Part shown: positions 49,767 to 63,000 of the stretch, piece by piece | Layout: each line of letters opens with the position of its first letter | How positions within the stretch are numbered: position 1 is the stretch's first letter | Assembly (NCBI GenBank): GCA_002189035.1 | Contig: NEEC01000009.1 | Location: 3,100,001-3,164,000, forward strand | From: Utricularia gibba | Lineage: Eukaryota; Plantae; Magnoliophyta | Reading direction: 5' to 3' | Length of the DNA: 64,000 nucleotides | Program-made: the position numbers and the translations under genes | The notes under the pieces: model-generated | What the model was told of the DNA's origin: nothing | The model's input: the letters and a program-made list of their open reading frames with translations, nothing else | Database searches by the model: none

Positions 49767-50279
49767 ATGGATCTGCTGGAGCACGCGAAGAAGTTCATCG
49801 CGCAGAAGATCTCGGACTTGCCGAAGCCGGAGGCCTCACTCACCGACGTGGATTTCAAGGGTCTCGGCCTCGACGGCATAACTCTCCTCGCCAAAGTCGC
49901 CGTCTCCAATCCGTACTCCGTCCCCATCCCCATCTGCGAAATCGCCTACGTCTTCAAGAGCGTCGACCGCAACGTCGCCACCGGGACCATACCGGACCCC
50001 GGATCCCTAGCCGCGAACGACAAAACGATGCTCGATGTCACGGTGAAGGTCCCGCACAGCGCCGTCATCAGCCTCGTTCGCGATATCGGCGCCGATTGGG
50101 ACATCGATTATCTGCTGGAGCTAGGGCTCATCATCGATCTCCCCTTGATCGGAAACATTACGATCCCTGTGTCCTACCCCGGCGTCATGAAACTACCTTC
50201 CATCACCGACTTGTTCTTCGGAAAATCACCCGAGGAAGTGGAGAAAGACAAGGAAGCACTGCAGCTGGAGAAACAATGA
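49767..50279 (+). CDS. LEA14: LEA14-like (LEA_2/WHy) desiccation-related protein, 170 aa, intronless
   Basis: KPEASLTDVD, VSNPYSVPIPICEI, GTIPDPGSL, DIGADWDIDY motifs; single continuous ORF. Confidence 0.93.
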   Translation: MDLLEHAKKFIAQKISDLPKPEASLTDVDFKGLGLDGITLLAKVAVSNPYSVPIPICEIAYVFKSVDRNVATGTIPDPGSLAANDKTMLDVTVKVPHSAVISLVRDIGADWDIDYLLELGLIIDLPLIGNITIPVSYPGVMKLPSITDLFFGKSPEEVEKDKEALQLEKQ

Positions 50280-50625
50280 GGTTGAGTTTGACTTTTGTTG
50301 ACTTAGGTAATCCCTGGTAACTTCCCTTGCTTTGCGTGCTGTGTTTGGGAATAATTCAATATTTAAGAAAAACTACTCTACATGATTTAAAATCTCTCAA
50401 TTTTTCACCTTAATGATTAAGAGATAAGTAAAATTTGTAAATAATCCCGATATTTACCTCATGCCTCTTGATGTATTAGGCTTGAACAAAGCCCACATTT
50501 AGCCAATCACAGATCACTTCGTGCCAAGGCCAGTGCCTGACTGGCACAAAAGATACCTATTTCGCATTAGTTTTGAAAAAAAAAAAGTGAAAAGGGACTT
50601 TGAAACTAACCTTTGGAATTGGGCA

Positions 50626-53600
50626 CTAGCCAGTTTCTGCGAGGCTAGCCAAGTGTGCGATAGCATCTTCAAGCAGGGAGAAGTGGGTGAGGAAAGTTTG
50701 TTCAACGTCGCTTGGTTCATGCTGATGCTGCCATTCAGACAGCCCATCACCCATTATCTTTAACCCACTTTGTAGTAATTCGACTCCCCTACAGATTTTG
50801 TCTGGGAATTTCCTCTTCTTGCCGCACTGTTTCATGGCTTCAGTATCCATCCTCGGATGCGGCGGATCACGTTTGCACTTGCTTCTTACATTCTCCTTGA
50901 GAATCTGGCTCTCTCTGAGAAGCAGGGATACGAGTTCTGGACTAGCTTGTACTGAAGGGGTGGCCATGTCCTTCTCAAGAACGGTCTTCAACTCCGTCAT
51001 GAAACCATCTTCCTCTGCTACCTTACCTGACGCCCGGTCGAATGCAAGAGCGGCATCTTGGGGAACGAATCGCCATAACTCGTTGCAAGAGGTGTGAGCA
51101 GCGAAATATCCGAAAGCGGTGATCGCAAGGTGAACGAATGCCCAGTGACGCTCCCTTAGTAGCATGTGGTAGAGCTCCCAAGCAGCACAACTCCTGGCGC
51201 TTTCCCTGCTGTCTGGCAAGTCAACATGAGCAAGACCAGCCATGAAATTAGCGAGATTGGGCTTGCAGGTGAACAGCTGAGCATCTGATGCAGCTGTTTT
51301 TGATATGAAGAGGTCTTGAAGCTCCAAAATGACTTGTTCCATTTCATCAAATGAATAGAGGTGCTTCACGTTGGAAATGATGCCTAGCAGTTGGCCGAGG
51401 ATCTTTCGACAGTTATCTCGGACTCTCTCTTCTTCTGTAGTTCTGTACTTTCGAATAACAGCCACCAGGAACTTCAGGGTGCGGATGTCGGTGTCAGATA
51501 AACTTACCTCACTGAATAACAGACAAGGCAAAGAAACAAACCAGATCAACAAAAAAAAAAAGAAAAAACGTTTCAAACCTAACTTTCAAGTCATTTCCAT
51601 GGCATAGAAAGCATACCGAGACTCCAGTGAGGCACACATGGCAAACACTGGTGCACCGTAGGTCTCGGGATCACCGACTGAAGACAAGGGGCATTCGGTA
51701 CCCTCGAGGAAATTATAATACTGAGCAATTATTCTCTGCTTAGCTGTATTTCTGATACTTTCTGTTAGCGAGTTCAGTGGAAACCCCTCCATGAGCAGTG
51801 CTACAAACACATTAGCTGAATATTCATGATCTATGTCATCAAACAATGCTAAATAAACTTGATCAGCAACGCATTTGGGGCCAAGAGTTGCAAGACGGCA
51901 GACAAATCGTGCCGCTTTCCTTAATGGCCTCTCTGGAAAATGTACTGATTCTCCAGATGCTAGTTTCAAAAGCATGCATTGTTTGTCAATCACTTCCTTC
52001 ACCATATCAGGTTCAGCATGTCGTAGAAGAAAGCACCAAAGTTCAGTTACAACATCACAGCAAAGAAAGTGAGGGTGGAAAATGTTTTCTACCAAGAAGG
52101 ATTCCACCTCAACCCATGCCGGAGTAGATGAAACTACTACCATGAATATCTTGAGCGAATGAAGAAGAGAGCAAAACATGGGTTGGTAAATCATCTCCTG
52201 ATCTTGGATAGAACCATATAGAGTAGGAATATGCAAAACGAATGTAGAGCAATATATCCTTTCTTCCATAAGCATGTCTAGAAGCCATCCAAGCTTTCTG
52301 GCGATGCCCAGTTGAACATGACCTTCAAGATCAGGAGCACATGACAAAAGGTTAATAAATAGTGCCATTCGGCCAAGGGAGAGCATGGTTTCCTTTCTGA
52401 CAGCATCAGAGTTCACTGAATATAACGCATCTAGCAAAAAAAGATTCCTTGTGAGGATGCTCTCAGCCTCAGAGCACATATCACTTTCTTCACCAAATAA
52501 CCACTCCAGAATTCGGAATTTATTTTCTACCTTCAGCTGAGCTGAGTTCACTAAGGAGTTGAACAAGTGCATGGATGTTGGTTCCAGGACTTCCAATAAT
52601 CCCAAGCTCACGGAATTCAAGTGTTCTTCCATGCTGAGCGAGATTCTGAAGATAAGTATCATGATAACACAGAGAACTATCTCTTTGTACGCAAGAAGAG
52701 CGGAGCTTGGATGTTGCGATATAATTCGTACAGCATTAATCAGATAGAATTTAACTGGAAGAAAACTTCTCTTGGCTTCTGTAACAGAAACTTTCTCCAT
52801 CTCCGATGATGAATATGTCTCAGCAGCACATCCTAGAGCATCACTCGCTAAAGAAATCAGATTCAAAATTATTCCTTTTATGTTCATCTTGGCTCCAATA
52901 GCAGATTTTCCATATTGAAGCAATGAAACTACACCTTTCCATGACACATTAAGCAGACCTACTAGACCACCACCATTATTGGCCGCAACAGTCCCCAATT
53001 CACATAATTTTTCAATGATGCACTTAGAAATAAGGATAACATTGTTTCTATATTCAGTCTCCTTGTCATCGATTGTACCTCCAACTTCTTTGCCCTCGCA
53101 GATATCCCACTTGACACCGTCACAGTACACAATGCACAAACGAATGGCAGCAGACAGGGTTGATTGCGCTTCCTTGAATACTTCCGGACCTAAAATCTGA
53201 ACACGAACAAAAGAGAAAAAAATATTGTAAGATTGATCTAGCTCATACATCATCGAATCGTGAAAGAGAAGTTTTATTTCCTAAACTATACAATGATCAT
53301 ACCGCATTAAGGAAAGCAGAATGCAATGTCATACCTTTACTTCACATGCGTCTTCAATTAACGTGAACTGCTCTGAAATAAAATTCTGAAGACTGCTTAT
53401 TAATTCACTGTCGATGGAAGCAGCATATCTTGCGAAAACCGTGAAGGTGGCAGTAGCATAGTTAAGCAAGTCGGAAATCAACTGAAAAGCAGTTCAGCAA
53501 GGTCATAAGATATGTGGTAGGTGGTTTGGTTATTTGCTCCCAAAGTCAATAGTATGAAGCAAATGAATCCTGATAAAGTGCGTAATAAAGGGGAGGGAGA

Positions 53601-54594
53601 GAAGGGAAGAGAAAAAAGGCCACCACATGGAATAACAAAAAAATAAAACAGATACCATCCTCAAATTTTACTTGAAAACGAAAATTAGCTTCAACTCTAT
53701 GATTCTTACAGAAGATATGAAAGAGATCAAAAAACGGCATTAACCTGATAAAATAAAGTAGAATGCTCTTCCTCCTGGGAATCTTCTGATGACATTAATG
53801 TCATTTTCAAATGCTTTCTGCACCATACGCTTGACTATTGAAATATGGATCAGTAATGTGTTAAATTCATTCTTATGGAATTGAAGATACAATGGCATGA
53901 ACTAACCTTAGTCCCAAGCACGAGAAACTCTAGTAGGCAACCTGATATGTCACACTGCAAGTACTTTGCAGCTAACTAAGAATAGACTTGTTTAATTTAC
54001 ACTGAGATGCATCCAAACAAGTGAAATCTTCCCATAAAATCTCAAAGTGTCAAGGAAACAAGCATGCATAATACACGGAAAACGAACATGTTGAAGAAAT
54101 GTCAGGAAACGTGTGCATTTAAACAAGTTTGCATCCCCTAAAACATGTAATGTGAAATTAAGACAACAATCAAATGATATCGAATCGAAGTACCATTTCT
54201 TTAAATGAAATAGCCATGAATAATCTTCATCCCTGATGAAGATAACCTCCTAATGGACAAGAACCGGGTGGGGGTAACATAAAAATGCCAGGTCTATTCA
54301 AATGCAATAGGATACTGTTAAAGAATCGACTAGGTATTTAGCTGACGTCTTCTCATTGACTTCCAATTTCTCTAATTCCTGAATCAATTGCACGCGATTC
54401 TCCACAACCTGAACGTATTTTTAGAATTAAACATCGAAACAGTAGAATATTGAACATGAAACTCAAATGTGCAACAAAACATGATGAAATCAAAATGAAG
54501 ACGAAAAAGAACGCAATTCGTAAACAACTGCCTCTGCAGAAACGATGGCATCAAGCATGGTCTTCAACTCCCCATCGGAACTCGCGCAATCCAT
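50626..54594 (-). CDS. FLIP: FIGL1-interacting protein FLIP (C1orf112/FIRRM homologue), 7 exons, one 1-nt frameshift in exon 3
   Basis: Exons 54594-54532 (or 54529), 54408-54316, 54040-53907, 53834-53745, 53481-53335, 53196-51617 and 51511-50626. VVENRVQL, LWEDFTCLD, SQEEEHS, ELWCF, LLRERHWA, CNELWRFVPQDAALAFD match my recollection of Arabidopsis FLIP. Exon 3 is 134 nt between phase-0 junctions. Confidence 0.82.
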
Positions 54595-56048
54595 TCCCGC
54601 GGCTTCCACGCGCTTCGTCCTACTCAGGCTTCAGATTCTCTCCGTTCCGAAAAAAAATCCCCAAGGCAGCTTGCTGCTGCAATTTTACTCTCCTCGCTTT
54701 CCCGCCAAAATGGAATGGGAAACCTTTTCTTTTAGAAATGACACCTTTTTTAATATTTTAATTCCCTATAATTAATCGAATTTCATAAAGTAACACAGCA
54801 CAACAATAAACAATCCATGAGCGTACCTAACAACTTATAAACATAAATGGAATTTATGTATGTTGATTAATATTTAAAAAATAATAATATTTTCTTAATT
54901 CGTCAATATATTTCTTATTAAAAAATATCAAAATCTGATCAAATTACAATTGGATCATAATTTATTTTTTATATTTTAAAATGATCATAATCACTATTAC
55001 GATCATTCATGATTCAATCACAATTAAATCGTAATCTTTAGAATACTGCATATGAGTGACATAGGAAAAAACCCAATGTAATTTTGATTTTTTATCCTTA
55101 ATATTATTTTTTTGATTTTAAAATATAGTAGATAATTAATTTGTAATGACACTTTTTGGTGTGGGGATGAATAGGGCCAATTAAAGCCCCACAACACCAT
55201 AATAAAGGCGTTTTAATATTGTATTGAAAATGAAAATCAAGTAACACATTCACTAATCCCAATCTTATTTATTAATAGCGCATTATTTTGTAATTATGTT
55301 GGATAAGGATTGAATATAAGCAGATTGCGATGGCAGCAATGGCTACTGCAAGCTAACATGGCCACTTGACATGGCCGGAGAGGCACCTTTTCCCTTCATC
55401 AATATCCATTGTGAGACAGCGATGCCAAAAAGGGGTGACGAGGTTCGGACCGGCCAACCATCGTAGATCCCCCAAGCACCGTCTTTTTGCACAGCATACG
55501 ACAACACACACATGCCCCTACTTGCGAGGAGCGATGGATGTGGCCAACCACTTACCCTTTATGTGATCTTATCTGTTTTATTGCAAGCTGGGACCTCGGC
55601 TCATCCCTAGTGTCTTGTCTTGGGAAAAGACAGGCGACGAGGTCTGATCTTCTTCGTTGAAGTGTGTTTTGAACGGGAATAACTGTAAAAAAGCAGAAGA
55701 GCTCGAGGTTTGTAAAGTAACATGTTTGTATTATTAGCCTTCTGTATTCTGTGTACAACTGAACCGTTGAGGAGGTTCACACTGCAAGCTTACAAACCTA
55801 AAGATACCAGAAACACCATGTGTGTTTGCTGTAAGGACAACTTTGTACAAGTACAAATGACTCGGCATACAAAGCTGCAAAGAAGAAATGTTGGACAACA
55901 CTTCTGAGACCTGTTTCTGTGGATGGGTTTTTCCCTTTCAGCTGAAGCAGGCCCGAGGTTGCACAAGCTGTGTCCTGTCCTTGGAGGACATCTCTGTATG
56001 TTTTTCTGTTGCAATAACAAGTGTTCACTATGTATATGTCTTTATTTA

Positions 56049-57572
56049 CTAGCACTGGCTGCCTGGGAAGCAAACCAGGGCTCCAGCCCCTGTAGTTAGC
56101 GAGCCAACAAGCTGGGAAGATTTGGCACCCAAGCTTGAAGCTCTGGCGTAGGTGGCTGAGGCGCCAGCTCCAGATTGGACAAAGTAAGCTCCATTGAGCA
56201 TCAGATCACCGTCTGATCTCCAATTCCAGTTCTTCCAAACACCCTCTACGTCATCTGCTCTCCTCGTTACCTGATCCAAACCAGATCGTGAATTAAATGT
56301 TTTCCATAGTAATAAACGCCAAGACAAGGAAATGACTTACTTCTTTGGTGAAAGGGTTGAATGAGGCGAGAAATCTGTTCCCTTGGCTGTTGATGGTAGG
56401 CTCTGCACTTCCACCAATAGCATACATTTCCCAGTGAGTATAGTCATTGTTCACAACATGGAAGTATCCATGTCTGCACCTTGGCATCCTCTGCATGAGC
56501 TTCTCCCCAAAGTGGTTGAAAGCTATGGTTGCCTGCATCTGCTTGTCCTTTACATAAGAATCGCTGTGTCCCAACAGCATAACCTCGTTGTGATCTGTGA
56601 AATAGTTATTGGAGATCGTCAGCGCGGTGGATCCCAGGACGGCGTCGACGAGGCCGTCGGCGGACCGGGCGAGCGAGTTATGATCCACCCACACATAGCT
56701 GGAGCCGAAGATGGAGATGGCATCCCCATCCGCCATAGTTCTCCAGCCATAGTGAGAAGGCGAGCTTCTCACCATGGCATTCCCCGTTGGCACACAGTCA
56801 TGAACGTGTAGCCCATGAATGATGACATGGGAGATGAACTGCAGAGTGATGCATGCTCCATATGCGATATGCACATTTGCGCCCGACCGTCTATTGTCTT
56901 GAAGCTGTTCATAAGCAGCTCCTGCTTCAGTGTAATAACCATGTCACGCTCGAAGATGATCCACAGGGGCTCCTCCTGAATAACGGCATGCCGGAGCGTC
57001 CCGGGGCGAGGGGTCACCGGGTCGTCGTCACTCGGATCCGTGACGACATAGTACTGACCATCACGGCCGCCGATGGCGTTCCGGCCGAATCCGATGCCGC
57101 AGTCTGCGAGCTGCTTCCTGTTGTCATGCCAGTTTGGATCACACCTCCAGCAATCGTCAATAGGGTTCCCTGTTCCACAGGAGAAGTACCCCAGCCTTCG
57201 CCTCTGCGTGTCGTTTCTCTTTGCCCTGCATCATCAACATGCTTTCTTTATTGACATGTTTTCAATGAAGAAAGTGGTCGATCCGAGTCGAAAATAGCAG
57301 CACTCACATTTCAAGATTCACCATCTTTGCGATTCTTCCTTCATCTTGAACCTTTGTTGGGTTGGGAGATGTCTGCGGAGCCTCTTCTTCCTCGCAAGCT
57401 CTGAGAAGACAAAAACATAACAAAAAACAACCTTTCAGCGAGAGAAAAAACAGGATATCGCTGAATTCGAACACAAAAGAACACGCAATTACCCCAACTG
57501 TGATGCAAGAAGAACCGCGAAGACCAAGAAAAACAAGAACGAGAGCCATTTAGTGGAACACCACTGCCTCAT
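56049..57572 (-). CDS. Secreted pectate lyase (PL1 family), 4 exons, one 1-nt frameshift in exon 3
   Basis: Exons 57572-57493 (signal peptide [27 protein letters not shown]), 57400-57308, 57225-56341 and 56270-56049. [51 protein letters not shown] motifs. The true start differs from the ORF-track ORF at 57549. Confidence 0.92.
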
Positions 57573-59595
57573 TGTTTCTCAGTCTTCTTTTTTTTGTTTC
57601 TGTTGCACTCCACCTCCCCCATCGTATGTTATATATAGAGAGGAGAGCTGAGAAATGCCTACGTAGAGGAAAGGGTGATAGCGAAGTAGGGAGCAAGGAG
57701 GGACAAATGGGAACGGACGAGGAAGATGGATATGGCTCTGTTCCCTGATTTTGCAACTGTTTACATGCAGAAATATGCTATGTTTTTTTCCTCAGTACAT
57801 ACAAAAACAACATTCGATTCCACTTTAACCAACACAATTCATCTAGTCACTACAATCAAATCTATTACATAAATATCCAACTGCATTTAGAGATAACAAC
57901 CGGTTAAACATGTCTAATTGATGAGTCAAGTACATTTTACATGTGGTAAAATCTAAGAAATATCTTGAATTTAGGGTTAAAAAAAAAAGAGCCACTAGGA
58001 GAGCAAGCCATGTGTAGACAATTAATTGGTGGGGTGGTGACAGCCCCCAGCTTGTTCCTAAGTTGTAACGACCAACGAAACGTAACTGCTGCCGCCATCA
58101 GGACTTTTCGTCCACTCTCTCACGTGCTAGTGTCGTCGGCCTACCTCGTGGCGAACGTGTACATGACGTCATTACACCGGCTTCGCAGCGTTTTGATCTC
58201 GAACGAGGGTGTCACTTTGACATGTCCGTATACCCTTCGCGTTTCCATAACCGTATCTTACTTCATCTTTGTCCAAACAGTTGACCCCTTCCATGACTAA
58301 TGCCTCAAATAGTTTTGTAATTAAAAAAAATAAATTATTTAGCTATGGGTATGATATTAATGTTTAGGTAATTCAAACATAAATGTAATTTTTACTTAAA
58401 AAATAATAATTTCTCCAAAATATACTCCTTTTGTTTTTGTAAATTAATCTTTTCTATGTTTAGTATAAAGTCTATCAAACGTTCGTAGAATGTTACCACG
58501 TGTATTGAATTATAGGATTTTTGCACAGCGTCCGAATGTATAGATCCTTAATTTAAATCGAAAACGAAGGAGATGTTACATCCGCAAATAGGGTTTAGTG
58601 GCTAATTTTTTTAATTCCCAGTGTTTCAAATAGTTAATTCACGCCAGCTGCACGACACCACCAGGCTCGCCTACTTCGCAAGTTGCAACGCACAAATGTA
58701 GAAACATTACCCCTTCCGATTATTCATTATTTAAAATATGAAAACAGTAATTTAATAAGATATGCTGTCACAATTAGTCAAATTGGTATTTAATCATCAA
58801 ATTGGCGTTTCTTATTTTGTTTCTGGTTCCGTTCCGTACTATTGCAAAATATTTACATGTTTTATTCAGTTTATTTGGGCGAGAAGTTCCAAATTAGAAA
58901 AAGAAAAAGAATAGGGGGGTATTAATTCGGGTGGTATTCCGGTTTGAGTTGTTGGACAAAGAGTTTAGTCCTAAGGGGGCGGAATCTTAAATGCGGCGCG
59001 TTTTCAAGGTGTCGGAGTCCGGAAAGGGAGGGCCATAGAGTGCAGCCATCGAGACAGAGGGACGAGACATGGACCATAGGATGGTAATTACTATTACAGA
59101 TATTAATAATCACGTCGACCATAGGAGGGTAAATCACTCACATCTAATAAATCGGACGCGTTACTTACATGGTAATCGGTACCCATGCCCATCCTCATTT
59201 CCGACATGTGATGCAACATTTCGATCCATACCATACACGGTGGCGCTTCCAAAACCTTATATGAGAAAAAAAATATATATATTTTGGTATTAAAAATGAA
59301 GATATTGGTGGAGTCTTGGGTTTCATGAAACACCTCGTCTTAGGATTTAAGAATTAGTGGGATCTATTTGAAAAAAAAAACAAATAAAAACTAAAAGTTG
59401 AAGATAGGTAAATAATATTTTTTTGAAGAAAAAATATTTATATTTGATAGTAAAATATATTTTGAAGCATAGTGTATTTGAAACGGAGATAATATCTTGA
59501 TACTTGGAGATCCTTTCCAAATATTGGGTTGGGCTTTAGGGGTTCTTCAAGAGCCAGGCTTGGAATATGGGCCTACTATCCTTAACAATGCTCAA

Positions 59596-59779
59596 CACTA
59601 CTACAGAGTTTCAGTGCAACTGTAGCGCTACTGAACATTTTTGTGAGGCATTTTTAAAAAATAACCATCTTAACATTTTTTTAGATAAAAATTTTATACA
59701 GAGAATAATTATTTTTCACACATAGTAACAATATGATGATGGTTACTTTTCAAAATCATCCCATTTTTCTGTGATTAGT
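59596..59779. mobile_element. Possible degenerate non-autonomous CACTA element
   Basis: Begins CACTACTACAGA; distal end TCTGTGATTAGTA only partly matches the expected TCTGTAGTAGTG; no 3-bp TSD confirmed. Confidence 0.25.
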
Positions 59780-60011
59780 ATCTTGTGTTTGTTTGCTGCT
59801 TGTACATGCACACATTGCTGAGCTTTGATAAATGGGGCATGATCACAAAAACACTGGTACATGAATACAGAAGTCGCAGCCTAATCCAACTCTCACCATT
59901 ATTTCAGTTACAACAGAACAAACGATAGGGTAAAAGTGCAAAGGCGCAAGCAGCACACCATAGTCAAAATTGCCTGCCTGTGGGAGGGATTTTAAGGCAG
60001 GGTTGTCGTTT

Positions 60012-63000
60012 CTACTCATCAGTCACGCATCCCGTGGAGGCCGACTGCACATTCTTAATGTACTGTGTATTTGCAGCAAAAAGGGAAGTAGTGAGCGTTG
60101 TTCAGACCAAAAAAAAACCAGTACAGTGAAGTCACCTTGTAAAGAACTCCTCTGGTAGCTTTATAAGGTGGAGGTGACCATCTCTTCCTGCGGTCTCTCA
60201 ACTCTTCATCTGTTAGATTCACATCAATGCTTCTCTTTTGAATGTCTATTGCGATAATGTCTCCATTCTCAACCAAAGCAATAGGACCCCCTTCCTGAAA
60301 TTTACAGTGGACAACATGGAGAGCATTTTAGTGAGCGCTCATTTGTACATCTCATGCAATTACTGATAATCACATGTGAATCAGAAACAGAAGATCAGCC
60401 AATTTACCTGTGCCTCAGGACATATGTGACCCACAACATAACCATGTGAACCACCCGAAAATCGCCCATCGGTTAACAATGCAACTTCCTTAATGTAAGA
60501 AAGGATTTTGATAAGGCCAGGTTCAATGAAGCACAAGTTATCAGGAGTTGCAAGTTGAAAAGAGTAAAACAAACCTTGCCTAGTCCTGCACCCATTATGG
60601 CACTGGTAGGAGTTAGCATTTCAGGCATGCCAGGTCCTCCCTTTGGGCCCTCGCCCCTTATAACCACCACTTTTCCCTGAAAAAACCATCATGATTATGA
60701 TCACAGTGTACTTTTCTCACAGAAAGACAGGCTTTCAATGCCTGCCCTAAACTCCGTTTTGGCACTCACCACCTATAGTTCCTGAAACTTGATGTGTAAA
60801 AAGATTTATTCATTACCTTAAAACTCAAAGGGTTTTCAGAAATTGCTGCAATCATGGATTCTTCTCCATCAAATACAAGTGCAGGGCCTATGCAAACTCC
60901 AGTCAAATCATAGCATAGCAGGTTTTCCAAGAAAAAAAGGAACTAGGTTCAGAGTTTTAAAAAACAACCAGAAAAATAAAGCCCTTCTTTCCCAGTGATT
61001 TTTGCAACAGAACCCTCAGGAGCAAGATTGCCATATAATATCTGTATATGGCCTGTTTCCTTGATCGGGTTTGACAACGGTCTAATTATTTGCTGCAACC
61101 AGGCATAAGTGGTATAAGCTCGCAGTTATAACTAATTAATGAAAAAATAGCAAGCTAACATAATGGGCTTCACATAAAAAATGCATACCTGACCCTCTGA
61201 AAGAGAGGGATATAACTTAGCATTTTCAGCTAATGTTTTACCAGTCACTACATTAAAGGGAAAGAAGAACTAGGGCTGAGAAGATGAACATATGTCTGGC
61301 TGCACCTAAGTTAAAATACTGAGGCACTTACCAGTGACACAATCGCCATCTAAGAACCCAAGCTCCAAAAGATGACGTATTATAGCAGGGGTGCCACCAA
61401 TCTAATTGACAGAATACCAGCACCCAGTCAATCAATGGAACATGAATAACTGAAAAATGGTGTTGCGCAATGCGGCATACCTTGTGCACATCCTCCATCA
61501 CATATTTTCCACTAGGCTTCAGATCTGCCAGAAACGGGACTGCATCACTGACCTTTTGGAAGTCCTCTAGTTCTAGTTGGAGACCAACTGACCTGCAAAG
61601 TGTTAGAACTTTACAAAACTACTCAAAATGATTAAACAATAACCATGACCCATTTTGTTCACCTTGCAATGGCAATCAAATGCAGGACAGCATTTGTCGA
61701 CCCACCAAGTGCCATAACCATAACCATAGCATTACGCAGGGACTTTGGAGTTATGATATCCCGTGGTTTCAAGTCCAGTTTAATCAAGTCCAGCAAATAT
61801 TTCCCAGCAAGACGACATTCATCCAATTTAAGAGGGTCCTCAGCAGGCGTGGAAGAACTTATTGGAGATACAAGAAGACCAAGGAGATAAGTTCGGGAGC
61901 ATGCATGATGGGTTGACACAAGAACTTACTTTATCGTGAACTGTTGAAACGCAATAATCTTTACTCACCTGTATGGAAGGGTCATTCCCATTGTTTCAAT
62001 AGCTGACGCCATTGTATTTGCTGTGTACATTCCACCGCATGCCCCTGCCCCCGGACATGAGTTACGAATTACATTCATCCTATCTCCATCACTTATTGAA
62101 CCACTCACATACTCCCCGTAAACCTAAAGTCCCTTTGGATGGATTAACTCTAAGTGGAACAGGTAAAAAAATGTAACGTGTAAAAGGTGTGAGAAATCAT
62201 TGTGCAATTACCTGGAAGGCAGAGACTATATCATAAGTTTGCCCATGAAAATGTCCTGGCTGCAACAAGAGAGAGTAAGTAAGAACATTTCACCATGGAA
62301 TTTAAGAATTAATTCCAACCACGTTCAACTGAATAAAATTCATAACCAGCAATCTGAGCATTCAGTCTGCTATGACTTAGCCCAGTCATACATGCAACTC
62401 ACAACAAAAACCAGCTAATAACAAGTCATGATTATTCCAACATCAGCCTGTCCCACTACCAACTAAAATTGAAGAAAATAACATTTTGATGTACCTCGGA
62501 TATGATAAAACAATAACTTGATATGAAAAAAATCTAACCTTAATAGTGCCACCGTAGACCATAATACTGGGACGGTTCAACCTTCCCATGGCCATTATTG
62601 TACCAGGCATCTGCAATACTCACGCTTCTTCAGCAAGGATGACATAGAGATGGAAAATATTACAGGTTTCACGCGATAGAAAAAAAATAACGACTGAAAA
62701 GAAGCGCTTCACTCGTTTAAGGGGGAGCACACACCAAAAGAATCCAGCAATACGCAAAAAGCCTATCTTGGCATAATGGGGCTTACATTTTTGTCGCAAC
62801 CAGGTATGGAAATATTCCCATCATACCATTGAGCAGCCATAACACTTTCAATGCTATCAGCAATCAAATCTCTTGACTGTAAACTATAGCACATCCCCCT
62901 AGTACCCATCGAAATGGCATCACTCACACCAATGGTGTTAAACCGAAATCCCACCATTCCAGCTTCAGTAACGCCTTGCTTAACAGCTTCTGAAAGTTTC

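Noticed and set aside
55589-55646. Hairpin GACCTCG...CGAGGTC with inner TGTCTT/AAGACA, considered as snoRNA or miRNA
   Set aside because: Short imperfect stem without convincing H/ACA or C/D boxes; sits where the pectate lyase 3'UTR would be.
57304-57549. ORF-track start MALVLVFLG for pectate lyase
   Set aside because: The ATG at 57572 in another frame gives a better signal peptide and the correct phase at the donor after 57493.
58922-59333. Overlapping short ORFs and a GACCATAGGA duplication downstream of DHAD
   Set aside because: No splice chain, motif or termini; treated as intergenic.
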